Below are positions 24,301-36,900 of a DNA stretch of 64,000 bases, one piece after another; position 1 is the first letter of the stretch; every line of letters begins with the position of its first letter. The notes beneath the pieces were generated by a model. The model was not told the DNA's origin. It searched no databases and was given only the letters and a program-made list of their open reading frames with translations. The position numbers were made by a program, and so were the translations under genes. Source of the stretch: Tubulanus polymorphus (taxonomy: Eukaryota > Animalia > Nemertea); NCBI RefSeq assembly GCF_964204645.1, contig NC_134026.1, positions 18,262,150-18,326,149 on the forward strand, written 5' to 3'.

Positions 24301-27300
24301 TAGTGTGTATAGAAACGGGTGATACTAACAGCGATTAAAGTGCAAAATAGTGACTCAAATACAGAATCAGATTCCAATCAAACGTCTGAAGTTTAGGAAG
24401 TCAACAGTTGTTATTAATAGACAGTCAAAATTATTCCATTTAATTTGGACCTGATGCCTCAGAACGAAGGAATTTGTGACTATAGTAAAGCATATTTCTA
24501 CGTCGTGGAGCAGAGAGCATTCATCATCATTTAAGTCATTCTCTCTTTGCAAAAACCACGAGGAGGGGATGACTGATATAGACATCGCAGATATTTCTGT
24601 GGGTAGAGATATTTTTATCCAGTACTGGACCATAAAAGCGTCCTGAAACCTAAACTTGTTCGGGAATCCCAGCCTGCGCCATCCCGGCCGTGTAATAGTA
24701 ATGTGTGCTGCATACATACAGTCAGTATGTTGTACACACTACAGCGATGTGGGTCACTGGGGAAAGCCAGTACTATATGCAGTGGAAAGCGCGTATCTCT
24801 TACTAGGTATTTAATTCGCAAAAATAGTATCACTTGGCAGAATAAAAGGCCCTCAGATAATAAAAATATAAGTTTTGTGTATCCAAGTTTATGTGTGCTG
24901 TAATATTTGCGAGAATCCTTCTCTAAAGTGTGAGGCTAGTTTACACATAGGCCAGGTATTTTTGCTCTTATGGGCCATCATCTTAGGGCTAAATCTTTGG
25001 ATTTGGCCACTAAAATTTGTCGTTGCCTTTGTGGGAACAGTTCATAGCTACACACAGCCAAGGCATTTCAAAAGACGGTAAAATTAGCGCAATATTCAAC
25101 GAAAATGAGCATTGTATTATAACGCTTCTGAGTGTGCTGCAGGCGATGTGTTCTCATCAACATCACCGCGCAAACCCATGCGTCCCGCTGCTAGGGCTGT
25201 TGCTACGGGCTTTTCTCGAGTTTGGATAAAGATATTTGAAAAATTTTAGACTATTATAGATGCATACGGTGAATGTTTTATACAAAAAAAAATTAGATTT
25301 AAAAATTTTTTCAAACCTCTTCATGACCCCTTTAATACTGGCCCTTTTCAAAGTTGGTGCCCTTTTTTCGCTGTGCTGTAGTCATTGAATGGCCCTGGAT
25401 CCGTGCCTGGATGCAATGATTTTGAACACTGCACACGGAAAAACTGTTGGCAGATTACTGGACAAATCTCTGTGTATTATTGGTTTTGGCTGACAGATTA
25501 GGGCCATCCCAAATTAATTGTCTGTTTGCCTTAACACCGACTCAAGTTTCAGGGTGAGTCGGTAGGTAGGTAGAAATATTTTTGGCTAAATTCTAGGGAA
25601 AAAAATAAATTGCCCATGGGCAAAGTGTGGTTTACCTTGAAAGCTAGAGGTTGTTTGCAGCAAGGGCATTGTTTATGAAAAATCTTTTTAATTTGTGTTA
25701 TTTAAGTTTATATTGTATTTTATCGTTCTCAAAGAATTATTTTGAGGTCAAATAAGGCCAAAAATATACATTTGTTTACGGTCAACATCCAAAATTTCAT
25801 AGGGTACAGCGTAGGTAGGGTCGGAACTGTTTTATATTTTGAAAAAATATCTTTCACAATATGAAATAAATTGCCCATGGGCAAAGTGTGGTTTACCTTG
25901 AAAGCTAGAGATTGTTTGGAGTAAGGGCATTGCTTGAAAAATCTTTTTAATTCGTGACTATTGTATTTTATCTTTCTTAAAGAATTATTTTGTAGTCAAA
26001 TAAGACCAAAGATAAACATTTGTTTATGGTATACGTCCAAAATTTCGTAGGGTTCAGGTAGGCATTGGAAACTATTTTATATTTTCAAAAAAAATATTTT
26101 CCACAATATGAAAAAATATTCAAATAAAATTCATATGATGTCACATATCAGAGGGTGGCTGAATATTGAGTCTTGGAAACGAAACCTCTTCCAATGTATG
26201 GCCGCGGAAGCTAAAACACCGGGCATAGTATAAGATTGTTTTAAATCCTGGAATTTACCACTACAATATTCAGACCTCAACCTATACCTATAGTTTGCTG
26301 CTTAGTATTTTCAGGTCACAAGAAATTACAATTTATTACAAATTCTATCAAACAGAAAACACAGCGCTCATCTTCTGCTACGACGATTATTCAGCCTGTT
26401 ATCATACCAAACGTGCACGCGCCAAGCAGCGTTTACAGCATCTCCATAAAGTAGTGTGTATAAGCGTGTGTTTGTGTGTGCAACAGTCTAATGTTAGCGC
26501 TCCCATGCACAAGTGGAGGCCTTGTGTAGTGAACGTTCGCTTCACTTCGATCTCTATCAACACAATCACCGGGTATCAAAACGAAACAATACCTATGGCG
26601 ATATGTGAAATGATCATATTCTCACCAGCAATGAGCATTAAAGATTCGCACATATACGGCACCTAGTCAAATGAAAGGTTCACCATTAATGGTTTCCCAT
26701 AATTATTTTAGTAGCGCCAGAATTCCCCGTATATCCCAAAACAGCCAATCACATTCGCTGGTAGAGACAACCCCCCCCCCCCAATCGAGGTCATTGCAAT
26801 TTTATACGCAAGAGCTAAGAATTTTCCCGCCAAAATAAGTTTTTCCTCCCTCGAATTTAAACAAAGTTGACCATGTCATCGACGGAGGTTCGTCATGTCT
26901 TCAATCGCATCGATTATACGTCGTTTAACTGAGAACCAATGAAAAAAATGCTCACATAAAAAAACGTATCACGATTTTACATGAATTGGCTCAATGCCAA
27001 GCTCAAACTGCTGACAAAGGTAAACCAAAAATATTCAAATAAAATTCATATGATGTCACCAATCAGAGGGTGGTTGAATTTTGAGTCTTGGAAACCTATT
27101 CCTATGTAGGGCCGCAGAAGCTGAAATATGGGCATAATCCACAACCAACCCAAAAAAATCTTTGAAAATTTAATGCTTTTTGTACAATTTCCAAGCAAGG
27201 TCAAGGACACGAAACGGTAGCACTGAATCCGCGTCTGGGCGATAAGTGAGGCTGGCAGTGTATCAAATGGCGGTGTATTGAGACATGACTGTCATGCAAT

Positions 27301-27825
27301 TCAGAATCCCATCAAGTGTTTATAGAAAATTCACAAGCCTGGATCGATACAATATGTGAAAATGAGTAACAAACCTGTTTGATATAGACCTAATATGTTA
27401 CATCCCAAATCATTGAAAAAACCAGGACACTTTTTCAGCAACTGAAACAAATAGAATACAAATAAAAGCTGATCATAAATGTATGCTAAAAGTTTCTTAG
27501 TTCAGTGCATTGAAGATTTAAGTCTATCGAAGGATCAATGATTCAGTATGCATCTCAAGAAATACTCAATGGCATATACTTGGGGTCCAAAGACTTTGAG
27601 AATTGGTACCGAAATACTTAACAATCTGACCATTTCAAGACTTGATGCCTCCTTGTCAACCCATGTTATTTAAACTCAGCACAATAATAGAACGGGCTAC
27701 AGCTTTGCAATTGATTGTCGTTACAAAATATGCATACCAGTAGGTGCCAAAAAAAGGAAATACAATGTAATTTCCCTTTTTAGCACTAAGATATTACTGA
27801 CGCGCACGGCAACAGTAAATAGTCC

Positions 27826-27905
<80 letters not shown>

Positions 27906-30900
27906 CGTGTTTCTACAACTGATCGATAAAATACATACACGTCGTAGTAGATACAAAATCAGTACCTAGATACGCATTGAAATGCACAACGCGACGATAA
28001 GTAAAACAGGCGCTAAACACTTTTATGGTTCACCTGATTACCAATCGTGCCGGACAAGCTGAGTGAGACCGTCATCTACCCCACTATACTTTTACATCAT
28101 TTTTGGGCTATTTGGAAAAAATTTTCCAATACCGAAATCAATGGACAATTGATCAATGAGTCTTCAAATTTCCGATGAAAACTTAAATAATGATGAATAA
28201 AGGACCATGGGTCCAGTAGGATTAAAAAAGTACAATTTATCTTTGAGCATAAAAATTGATTTGTTCTGGGAATGTCTAGAATTATCTTTGCAATATACAT
28301 ATAAAGATGCAATAAATGTATGAAGATGCAATCTTGGCAAAGTTAATTGAATGACAGCACCACTGTAGTAAGCGGGCTCAACTATGAATTCAACTATAAA
28401 TTGGTTTTCCCATGACTCACTAGCACAGGGCAGAACAAAGAAAAATTCATCGAAATTTTGTTCATTTTCCATAATGATTCCAATACCAATTTCCCTTCTA
28501 AATACAAAATATCAGCAGTGTATATCCAATGTGTAGAATTTGTGTCACCAGCAGCTAAGAGAAAGTTACTCTCAGGACCATTCTATGAGGGTCAACACAG
28601 TTAATCTTAAAAATATATTTATCGATCTGGAAAAGAAATAAAAACCGGCTTCGACAGAGATGAGAAGAACATGCAGACCTACCGCTCTTAGCATGGACAT
28701 CACTGAATCTAGCACATCTGTGTATTCGCGTAATTGACCAGATTCCAATAAACTTATCGTTTTCGATGTTACAGATAAGAATAATGCCCTCGTAGGTCCA
28801 TTAACAATATTATCCGAAGAATACAAAATGAATAGCTGAAAAACATGAAAACCCCATCTTGTTCAAATACCATTTCATTATTGTTAAAAAAGATCTACAA
28901 TATTATTTTGCCCACAGAGGTGCTCAATTTTTCATTAGCCTTTCTGTTTAGCCTTACTCTAACCATTCATATAGTCATCAAAATGTTTCCTAAAATTGTC
29001 CATACCCTGTACCTGTTTACATAATTCGACTATGGAACCATATGGCTGGGTATTAAACATCGTGCCAACCATTTGGCATGTATCAGCAGCTAATGGGATA
29101 AAATCATCCATCAAAGAACGAACTGCTTGACGAAACATATCACAAAATGCCTGTAAATATATGATAGCATCGATCTGATAGCTTTGTATACGGAAAATCA
29201 TCAAGATCATCAGATAAGGGCTTGCTTCCAACCACAAACACTGTTAGACGAAAAAATCAAAATTCTACTTTGTTCAATTATAACCAATCCAATTTATTCA
29301 AGTTATGGACTTCAATCTCTACTTTGAAACCAGACCCCACAGCATTTACAAAAGCAATTTTTACTATCTCGAAAGAATCAATGACTAAATGTGCCATCAA
29401 TAACCAGGGGCCAGTTGCCCAAAGGTTAGTTAAAGATAACCGGCGGATAAATACCATAGTACCATATGGAGTTTCAATTGTCTCTTTGTCAACTATCATT
29501 CTTACCAACTTTAGAGCAACTGGCGCCTTACTGTTAAATCTAAGCACATTTTAGATATGACACATACCTCCACTACACCAGGGTCAGTGATCCATTTTTC
29601 TGAAATGACCTGCATCAGCGGAAAAAGTTCCTGTAGGATGATCAATACCTGTAACAAGAGAAAATGCTAGCTATCACACAATTTTTCCAGATGTACCGGT
29701 ATAACTTTATATGGTAGATACTACTAAAGGGCTAAGCTAATATCTGCTAATCTTCAACTACCTACACATCTACCTTCACAACTACAAATAATTCGTGATA
29801 ATGATAATCGACAATTATCGAAAAATCGATAATAAGTGATAATCGACAATTTACGGCTGTTGAAAGTTTTCACAGGTTTCTATGCTACAGTCTACATTCA
29901 CAAATACAATCTGGATGTACATGGAACTAGAAGAGAAGTAACTTTCCATGTGGTCAGGTTTGGAGACATTGGATACACATTGCATTTTAGGGATGATAGT
30001 GACTGAAAATTCATTTCTCAAGTTAGAGTCTAATCTAAACAACAGTACTAAGGAGCTCATTATGAACTTGGAGTAATTCTGACATTACTCAAAATCTTCA
30101 TGCAGGTAAATTGACAAACCAACTGAAAGCAAATGGTTCATTGATATCAGATAACATGAAAAACTTGGAAAATAAATTTTGTCTGACCTACATGAGCTTC
30201 CCTCTAGCAACCAAACAACCCACAAGAATTGGTATCAAATGAGCAACAGAAATTGAACAAAACCAAGAGAAATTTTTCTCATCTGAGTTAGACAACTTCT
30301 AACTATGATACAAAATCAGGGTACTCTAGCAGGGTTGTTAAAACAAGCATATAAGAAACAATCAACCTCAGTAGCTCAGTAGAATAAGGTGTGATACTGT
30401 TACATTATCAGTTCACAAGCCGAGCAACAAGCGGGTTCAAATCCTGCAGGCTGCTAACAAACAGTTTGTGGTTCAGACTTTGAAGGCAATCCTGTGGCGA
30501 GGTCAAATGAACATTCCAATAGGGTTGGGAGACTAACATCCGACCGATATAGAGCAAGATAAACAAACACTTACTGGTTGTGGTCCCTGCCTTTGTGCAG
30601 CACGTTTCTGTCCCTCCTCATCATCAGACTCATCATGATTTATATTCAATGATCCAAATAGTCCACTGATCATCTTCATTTTCAACAAAATCCCAGATTT
30701 TGTTGTAGCAGACTGAGACTGGCTGACTAATACTTGTAACTGTTGTATGTGCGGCAACAAAAGAGCATTTAAATACTGCATGATATCTTGTAATGGGCAG
30801 ACGGATAGTATATGTCCTATCGATGACATCAATCGAATTGATTCACGAGACTGAAATATATAAAATAAGCTGTTTAACAGTACCCTTGAATGAAATTTGT

Positions 30901-33900
30901 ACAGTGAATTATTTTCAAAAATTCTTGATACGATATGAATACCTTTAAAGCATTACACGAGAGAGCAGTCTGAAAATTGGAATAAATGAAATTAGTTCAC
31001 AATTCATAAATATTATATTCTCTATCACTACTATTGCATAAATATGTATAAATTTGTCTGTTCCCATCCCTTGGAAAATAGACCTTACAAAACTTCACTA
31101 AGTCTTTGGACTGGACCCAAAAACATCTTTGTTTGACAAAGAATTGCATGTTTTATTAAGTAGTCCCATAGACATTAATATTTCATGCATGGAAAATCAG
31201 ATCATCCATACTTGTCTGGAGGGGGTGGGTATAGGTTGGTAGCAGAGTAAAACCTGCATAAACTAAGTAGCTATACTCAATCACTATTCAAAAAGAATAG
31301 TTTCATCTTAAGGCCTTTTTTTTTAATTAGTTGGAGTACGGATCCGGCGCCGTGGTTTATTTTCTTGGCAGCCGTTGTACAAAACCAGGGGTCCAGGGCC
31401 ACCTGCCCACTTGGGAAGTGGTTTGAAATGCTCAACAATCTAACAATGTGAATATATAACGCCCCTGGTGACCATATACCAATGAAACCCACCACAATCA
31501 TAGAACATGTCAGCAGCTACGATTTTGTAATTGATTGTGATAAAAAAATATGCCTCGTTACCAATTTAATATGGAAATACAAAGTTACTCTAATATTCGA
31601 GGCCCCCTGGTGACCATATGCAAAACCCAATGACCTTGAAACTCACCACAATCATAGTAAATGTCATGAACTACAACTTTGCAATTGATCATGGTAACAA
31701 AATATGCCTAGGTACCAATCTAATAAGGAAATACTAAGCAGCTACAATTTCGTAATTGATTGTGATAAAATATGCCTCGTTACCAATCTAATATGGAAAT
31801 ACTAAGTTACTCTAATATTCAACGCCCCCTGGTGACCATATGCAAAACCCAATGACCTTGAAACTCACCATAATTATAGAACATGCCATGAACTACAACT
31901 TTGCAATTGATCGTGGTAACATAATATGCCTAGGTACCAATCTAATAAGGAAATGCAAAGTTATTCTACTATTCAATGCCCCCTGGTGACCAAATAGAAT
32001 AACTAATGTCCTTAAAACTCACCACAATCATAGACAATGTCATGAGCTACAACTTTGCAATTGATTGTGGTAACAAAATATGCATAGGTACAAATATAAT
32101 ATAGAAATACTTACTTTTTGTATTTTTCAACGCCCCCTGGTGGTCATATACAAAAACCAATGACAGTGAAACTCACCAAAATCATAGAACACATTATGAG
32201 CTACGCTTTCCAATTGATTGTGCTAAGAAAATATGCTTAGGTATCAATATAATGTGGAAAAACATTTTTCCCATCTACAAATGAGTACTGATGACACCAA
32301 GATGGCCGCCAATTGCGCCATAATTGGCTTATCAAAAATACCTCAGTCTCAGGTATAAAACATCCCTTTCCAAAGAATACCCATCACAAATTGCAATGAA
32401 AAATGGCAATCCCGAAGGATGCTACAGGACTCAGAATTCGAATTTTTGGGCACTAAAAAGGTCATGGGACGGCCATCTTGAGTCCGATCGACCCAATTTT
32501 GATGCTGATGGGCTCTTGGTAGATTCAAATATATAGCAAAGATCAAGATAATTGATCAAAGCGTCTTCAAAATTTCCCTCAAAAAGTTCAAAAATGTGTA
32601 AAAAATGCTGATTTTGGCGAACAACAATGGCTGCAAATCGGCCATCGTGATTCTGACAGGGCCAGTTTTTGGGCTGAAGATGTGTCTAGGGTAGATACAT
32701 GTGTAACCCAAATATCGAGACATTACATCGAAGCCTCTTCAAAGTTCCCAAAATAACTCAACTGGATTCCGTCTACGGACGAAAAGTGAACGCAATAGCC
32801 CGCTGGGACTTAAGTCCCAAGTGGGCTTAAAAAAGGCTTAACAAACATTGGTAATAATAAAGGACCATTTAGCCTTTTTCCAGATGTAACTGCTAATTTT
32901 TTAGAAGTGTCTTAAAACCATTTTTCATTCATTATTGGGTGATGTTCATTCATGAATTTTGCGTTTGGTTTTTTAAAGTGAAGATAAGTTTTCTAAATGA
33001 CATCCGTACAATCATGACGAAACGATTCTTATGGGAGGGAAACAAGATGAATAGATAATATGAATAGATATTATCATACCTGACTAGCGGAAAGGATCTG
33101 TTGGACATACGGACCCATGTGTTCACGGCACTCACGAGTTATATCCCTCAAAGCAACTGATGCATTGTGTGCTAAATCGGTGTTGTTCAAACCCTGCAAA
33201 AGCAAGGGTATCACCGATGCTAGTATGTCAGGATGGAAGTTTAACCATTCGGAATAAGCACCTGAAAACAAAGCATATGTGGACATCAACCAATGTCTTA
33301 GCCGGATACCGACACTTGGAATATCTTCTTGTTTACTTTCTTAAAATATGGGAATTTGACCTCAATCTCATGTTGTAATATTGCCCAATCAATTTAATAT
33401 ACATGTTTCTGAGTCTAAGTTAGAAAGAGATGATAATCTTTTCAAAGTGGCACTATTTCCACTGATCCCAAAATATTCGAAATCAAGTATGGTTTACGGT
33501 ATTTCCCCGTTAAGCCTGTATGACGTATACATACGCAACCAAAATCGTACCCATATGACATATATATAAGCTAACTGCGAACAGATTTGCATGTCAAATG
33601 CTGTACACACAGTTGATATTGTCATCGTGTACTGTCTGTTAATGCATTATAGTGTATAAAAGGTCCAAAAGTGTTATCAATGAAAAATTCAATTTTTTGC
33701 AGAATTAAATATGTCCTGATTTAGTTAAATTTTTTACCTGTACACAAATTATAAAAATAATTGTACATATGCGCAGAAGAAATTGAACCCCTACCCCTAC
33801 CTATCAAATACTTGATCAATAAAAGGTCTCATTCAACAAAAAAAGACAATTTGTAACTTTTTCCTTCTCAACGTCCTATGGTAATCACGCCAGTGTAATG

Positions 33901-36900
33901 GAAAACTTTTGACACTACTGTAGCAATCAAGGATCGGTAGTAGTAACTTAGTCTACCGCCTTCAATTTCTTCTACATTTCAATCAAAACTAAACTTTTCT
34001 CTTGAGTAGGTCAATGAAAAACTAATCAATAACCAATTAGAAAATCAATCTAATAAATATTTGGTACGTTGTGTGATAAATATTTAGATTCAGGGAGCCT
34101 AAAAATCCAGAAAATGAACTATTTCTGAAACATATGACAAATATTCGTGACGCCAACTGCCGGTGCTACAGTCCCCCATACATAACGGTACAACTTACCA
34201 ATTAACTGCAGGGCAGTTGAGATTAACTTGAGGTTATTGAAAGGCACAACAGGTAGCGATTTGAAAATTGTGGGCAGATATTCATTTTCTTCATAATCCA
34301 CACATTCAGCAATTGACGACAACAGGAAGAAAGCGCTTTCAGCTTCCTGCCACTGAAGGGCTTCAGTTTTACTGTGTTCTACGAGGTCAGTTATCAATGA
34401 ACACATAAAAGATATCAACGGCTGCCGGAGAATATTATACGCGTACATCTGAAAGTATAGTCACAGAAATTATTTCAGGCAAGTAATAATCTATCTATCA
34501 ATTGTAATTTTACGGCCAATTAGTGTAATACAGAGGAGTTGAGAGTAAAAAAGTTTATTCTAAAGTTTAAAACACCATCAAAATGTGACTAAATTAAACA
34601 AGCTTAACACATTCACTGCCACCATGATAATACAGTGCCGTTAGCAATTTCCACTATGAGTATACTCGTCGTTGGCACTTGAACTTTTACACCGTCAGCC
34701 TTTGTTCAAATTTGACCAAATGACCATGGGAATGAGGCAGAGATTCTTCACATTACCAGCTAATCAGGAACAAAATCATTCTCATGTGCCAAATATCTGA
34801 TGGTCAATAAGAAGAATCGAGCATACTCACAGTGGTGATGGTCACAGAATCAGAAGCACATGTATACTCGTAGCTGACAGTGAATGTGTTAAGTATAATT
34901 TCAAGATGACTACACGATGGATATGAATTAACTTATAGCTAACCATTGTATCTGCAATATCTTGTCTGTAACACCGAAATTGTTCCTTTTCTTCTGTAAA
35001 AAAACAAGGATTTCAAAAGTGATTGGCTCGCTATAGATTCTAAAAAACTTGCAGAATCAAGCTCGATTTTTCTTTTTAGCATGCAATACATGCGTACAAA
35101 TTTACCTGAATTCCATTGTTGTAGTTGAGTGTCAGTGGGATGTTTAACTTTTTGTAGTAAAACACGGACTAATTCGACATAAACTGGAGCCAACCTGTCT
35201 TTATACACTTGGAATTTTTCACTGTCAGCTGCAGACATTATATCATCCTGAATATCAATTAATCAGCATATCATTCATAAAACATATCATCCGCTGTAAA
35301 CATGGTTCGCTTCTATTGTATGTACACAAAATAGTGTTTAAATCTGGCAGGCCAGTGTATACTGGTTTTATATTTATAATGCTCAGTACTAGCGAGCCAG
35401 TTTTGCAGCCTCCCACTGCTTCTGCTATTGTCTATGATACTTGTCCGTAGAATCCAATCAGCGATTCCAACACAAAATACATCTCTCTCTAAAGTTCTCA
35501 CTTGTGTGCAGAAAATGTGTACAAAAACAAGTATGGGCATATATCAACATTTTTGTGTCTTTTGAGCCAAAAAAGGCATCTTAGGAAGTGATATATTCTA
35601 TTGGAATGATAGTAGGAAGTTTAGGGGGTTACATAAAAGGGTTAAATAAAGGATAACGCACCTGTAGAATGTACCAGAATCCAAATGTCATCTCACTGCA
35701 TGTTTCATCACAGGGATATTGTCCAGGCATCGCTGTACACCTCTAAATTTAACAAATCAACAATTACAGAAACGGTTTTTTTTTCTAATAATTCCCTTTA
35801 TTTTTTTCAGTGGAAGATCATGCTAGCAGAACTGGTAGTTTTGAAGTTGAAAGAAATGACATTTAACCAAGGTATAGAGCCAAGCTGAAAACATGATCCA
35901 TCAAATGATTCAATTTAATGATTCCTTATTAATCGGCCATCAGAACTTACTAGAACTAAACTTATTAAACTCATGGCTTGTGCACTGACAGACTCACTAC
36001 CAGTTATACACTCTAATAATAACTTCGATTCACATTCCACTATTGTTATTATCAACCTACATATTCCGCCTTGCATTTCCTACAATGTGATAAATTAGTT
36101 TAATTACAATTTATCAAAACCTCTTATTGCTTTCTCCTCCATGTTGATTGAGTTAGTGATCAAAATACAGGATATCAAGTATTAGTGTTATTCGGTTCAA
36201 GCCTTTCACTGCATCTACACCGGTAATAAGACTACACTGGGTAATTCCAATTCCATGTAAGGTCGTCCTATGACAATGCTAAACAATAATCAAATAACCT
36301 GACTTTTAGTTAAAAACTGTTGCTATTTTCCTAAAAATAACCATTCTCCAGATATGAATGAAAACTGATGAAATCAAAATGACTTCGGACTGCGAAGCAA
36401 CCCTAAGTATATCCATTTCAAATTTTAATGTGAATTTCATTTTTTCTGTGGTGAAAGGCCCTAGGGGATACATGTACAGACTAGATCTTAATTGATCATA
36501 GCGTCTTCATCATTTCCAATGAAAATTGCACATGGGGTAGTGCTAACTTTGCTGAGTGGAGGATATCATGTCATTTTTAGAGTTACTTGTAGTAGGGTCC
36601 CAGTTAATGTAGGTCATGAAAGATTACCTGATATGATGCAATGGATGTATTAATTTAGAATTTGCAAACACTTACAAAATCACTGGATTCAATAGATTTG
36701 GTCAGCAAATCATTCAACTGTAATATTGTAGGCAGCAATAATTTTACGCATGTTGGATATCTGAAATACAATGAAATACAGTACATGAGAATATAAATAT
36801 CGCCATACTACACGTTTGCAGCCAAATATGAGATGTCTCGTAGTTCTGGTTCTGCCACCATTGCCACTACAAGTTAAGTCATTGCTGATCCTCTTATTCA

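Noticed and set aside
30370-30460. tRNA genes (also ~45235-45300 and ~59240-59335)
   Set aside because: Only A/B-box-like motifs are present and no acceptor or anticodon stems can be built, so SINE remnants are more likely.
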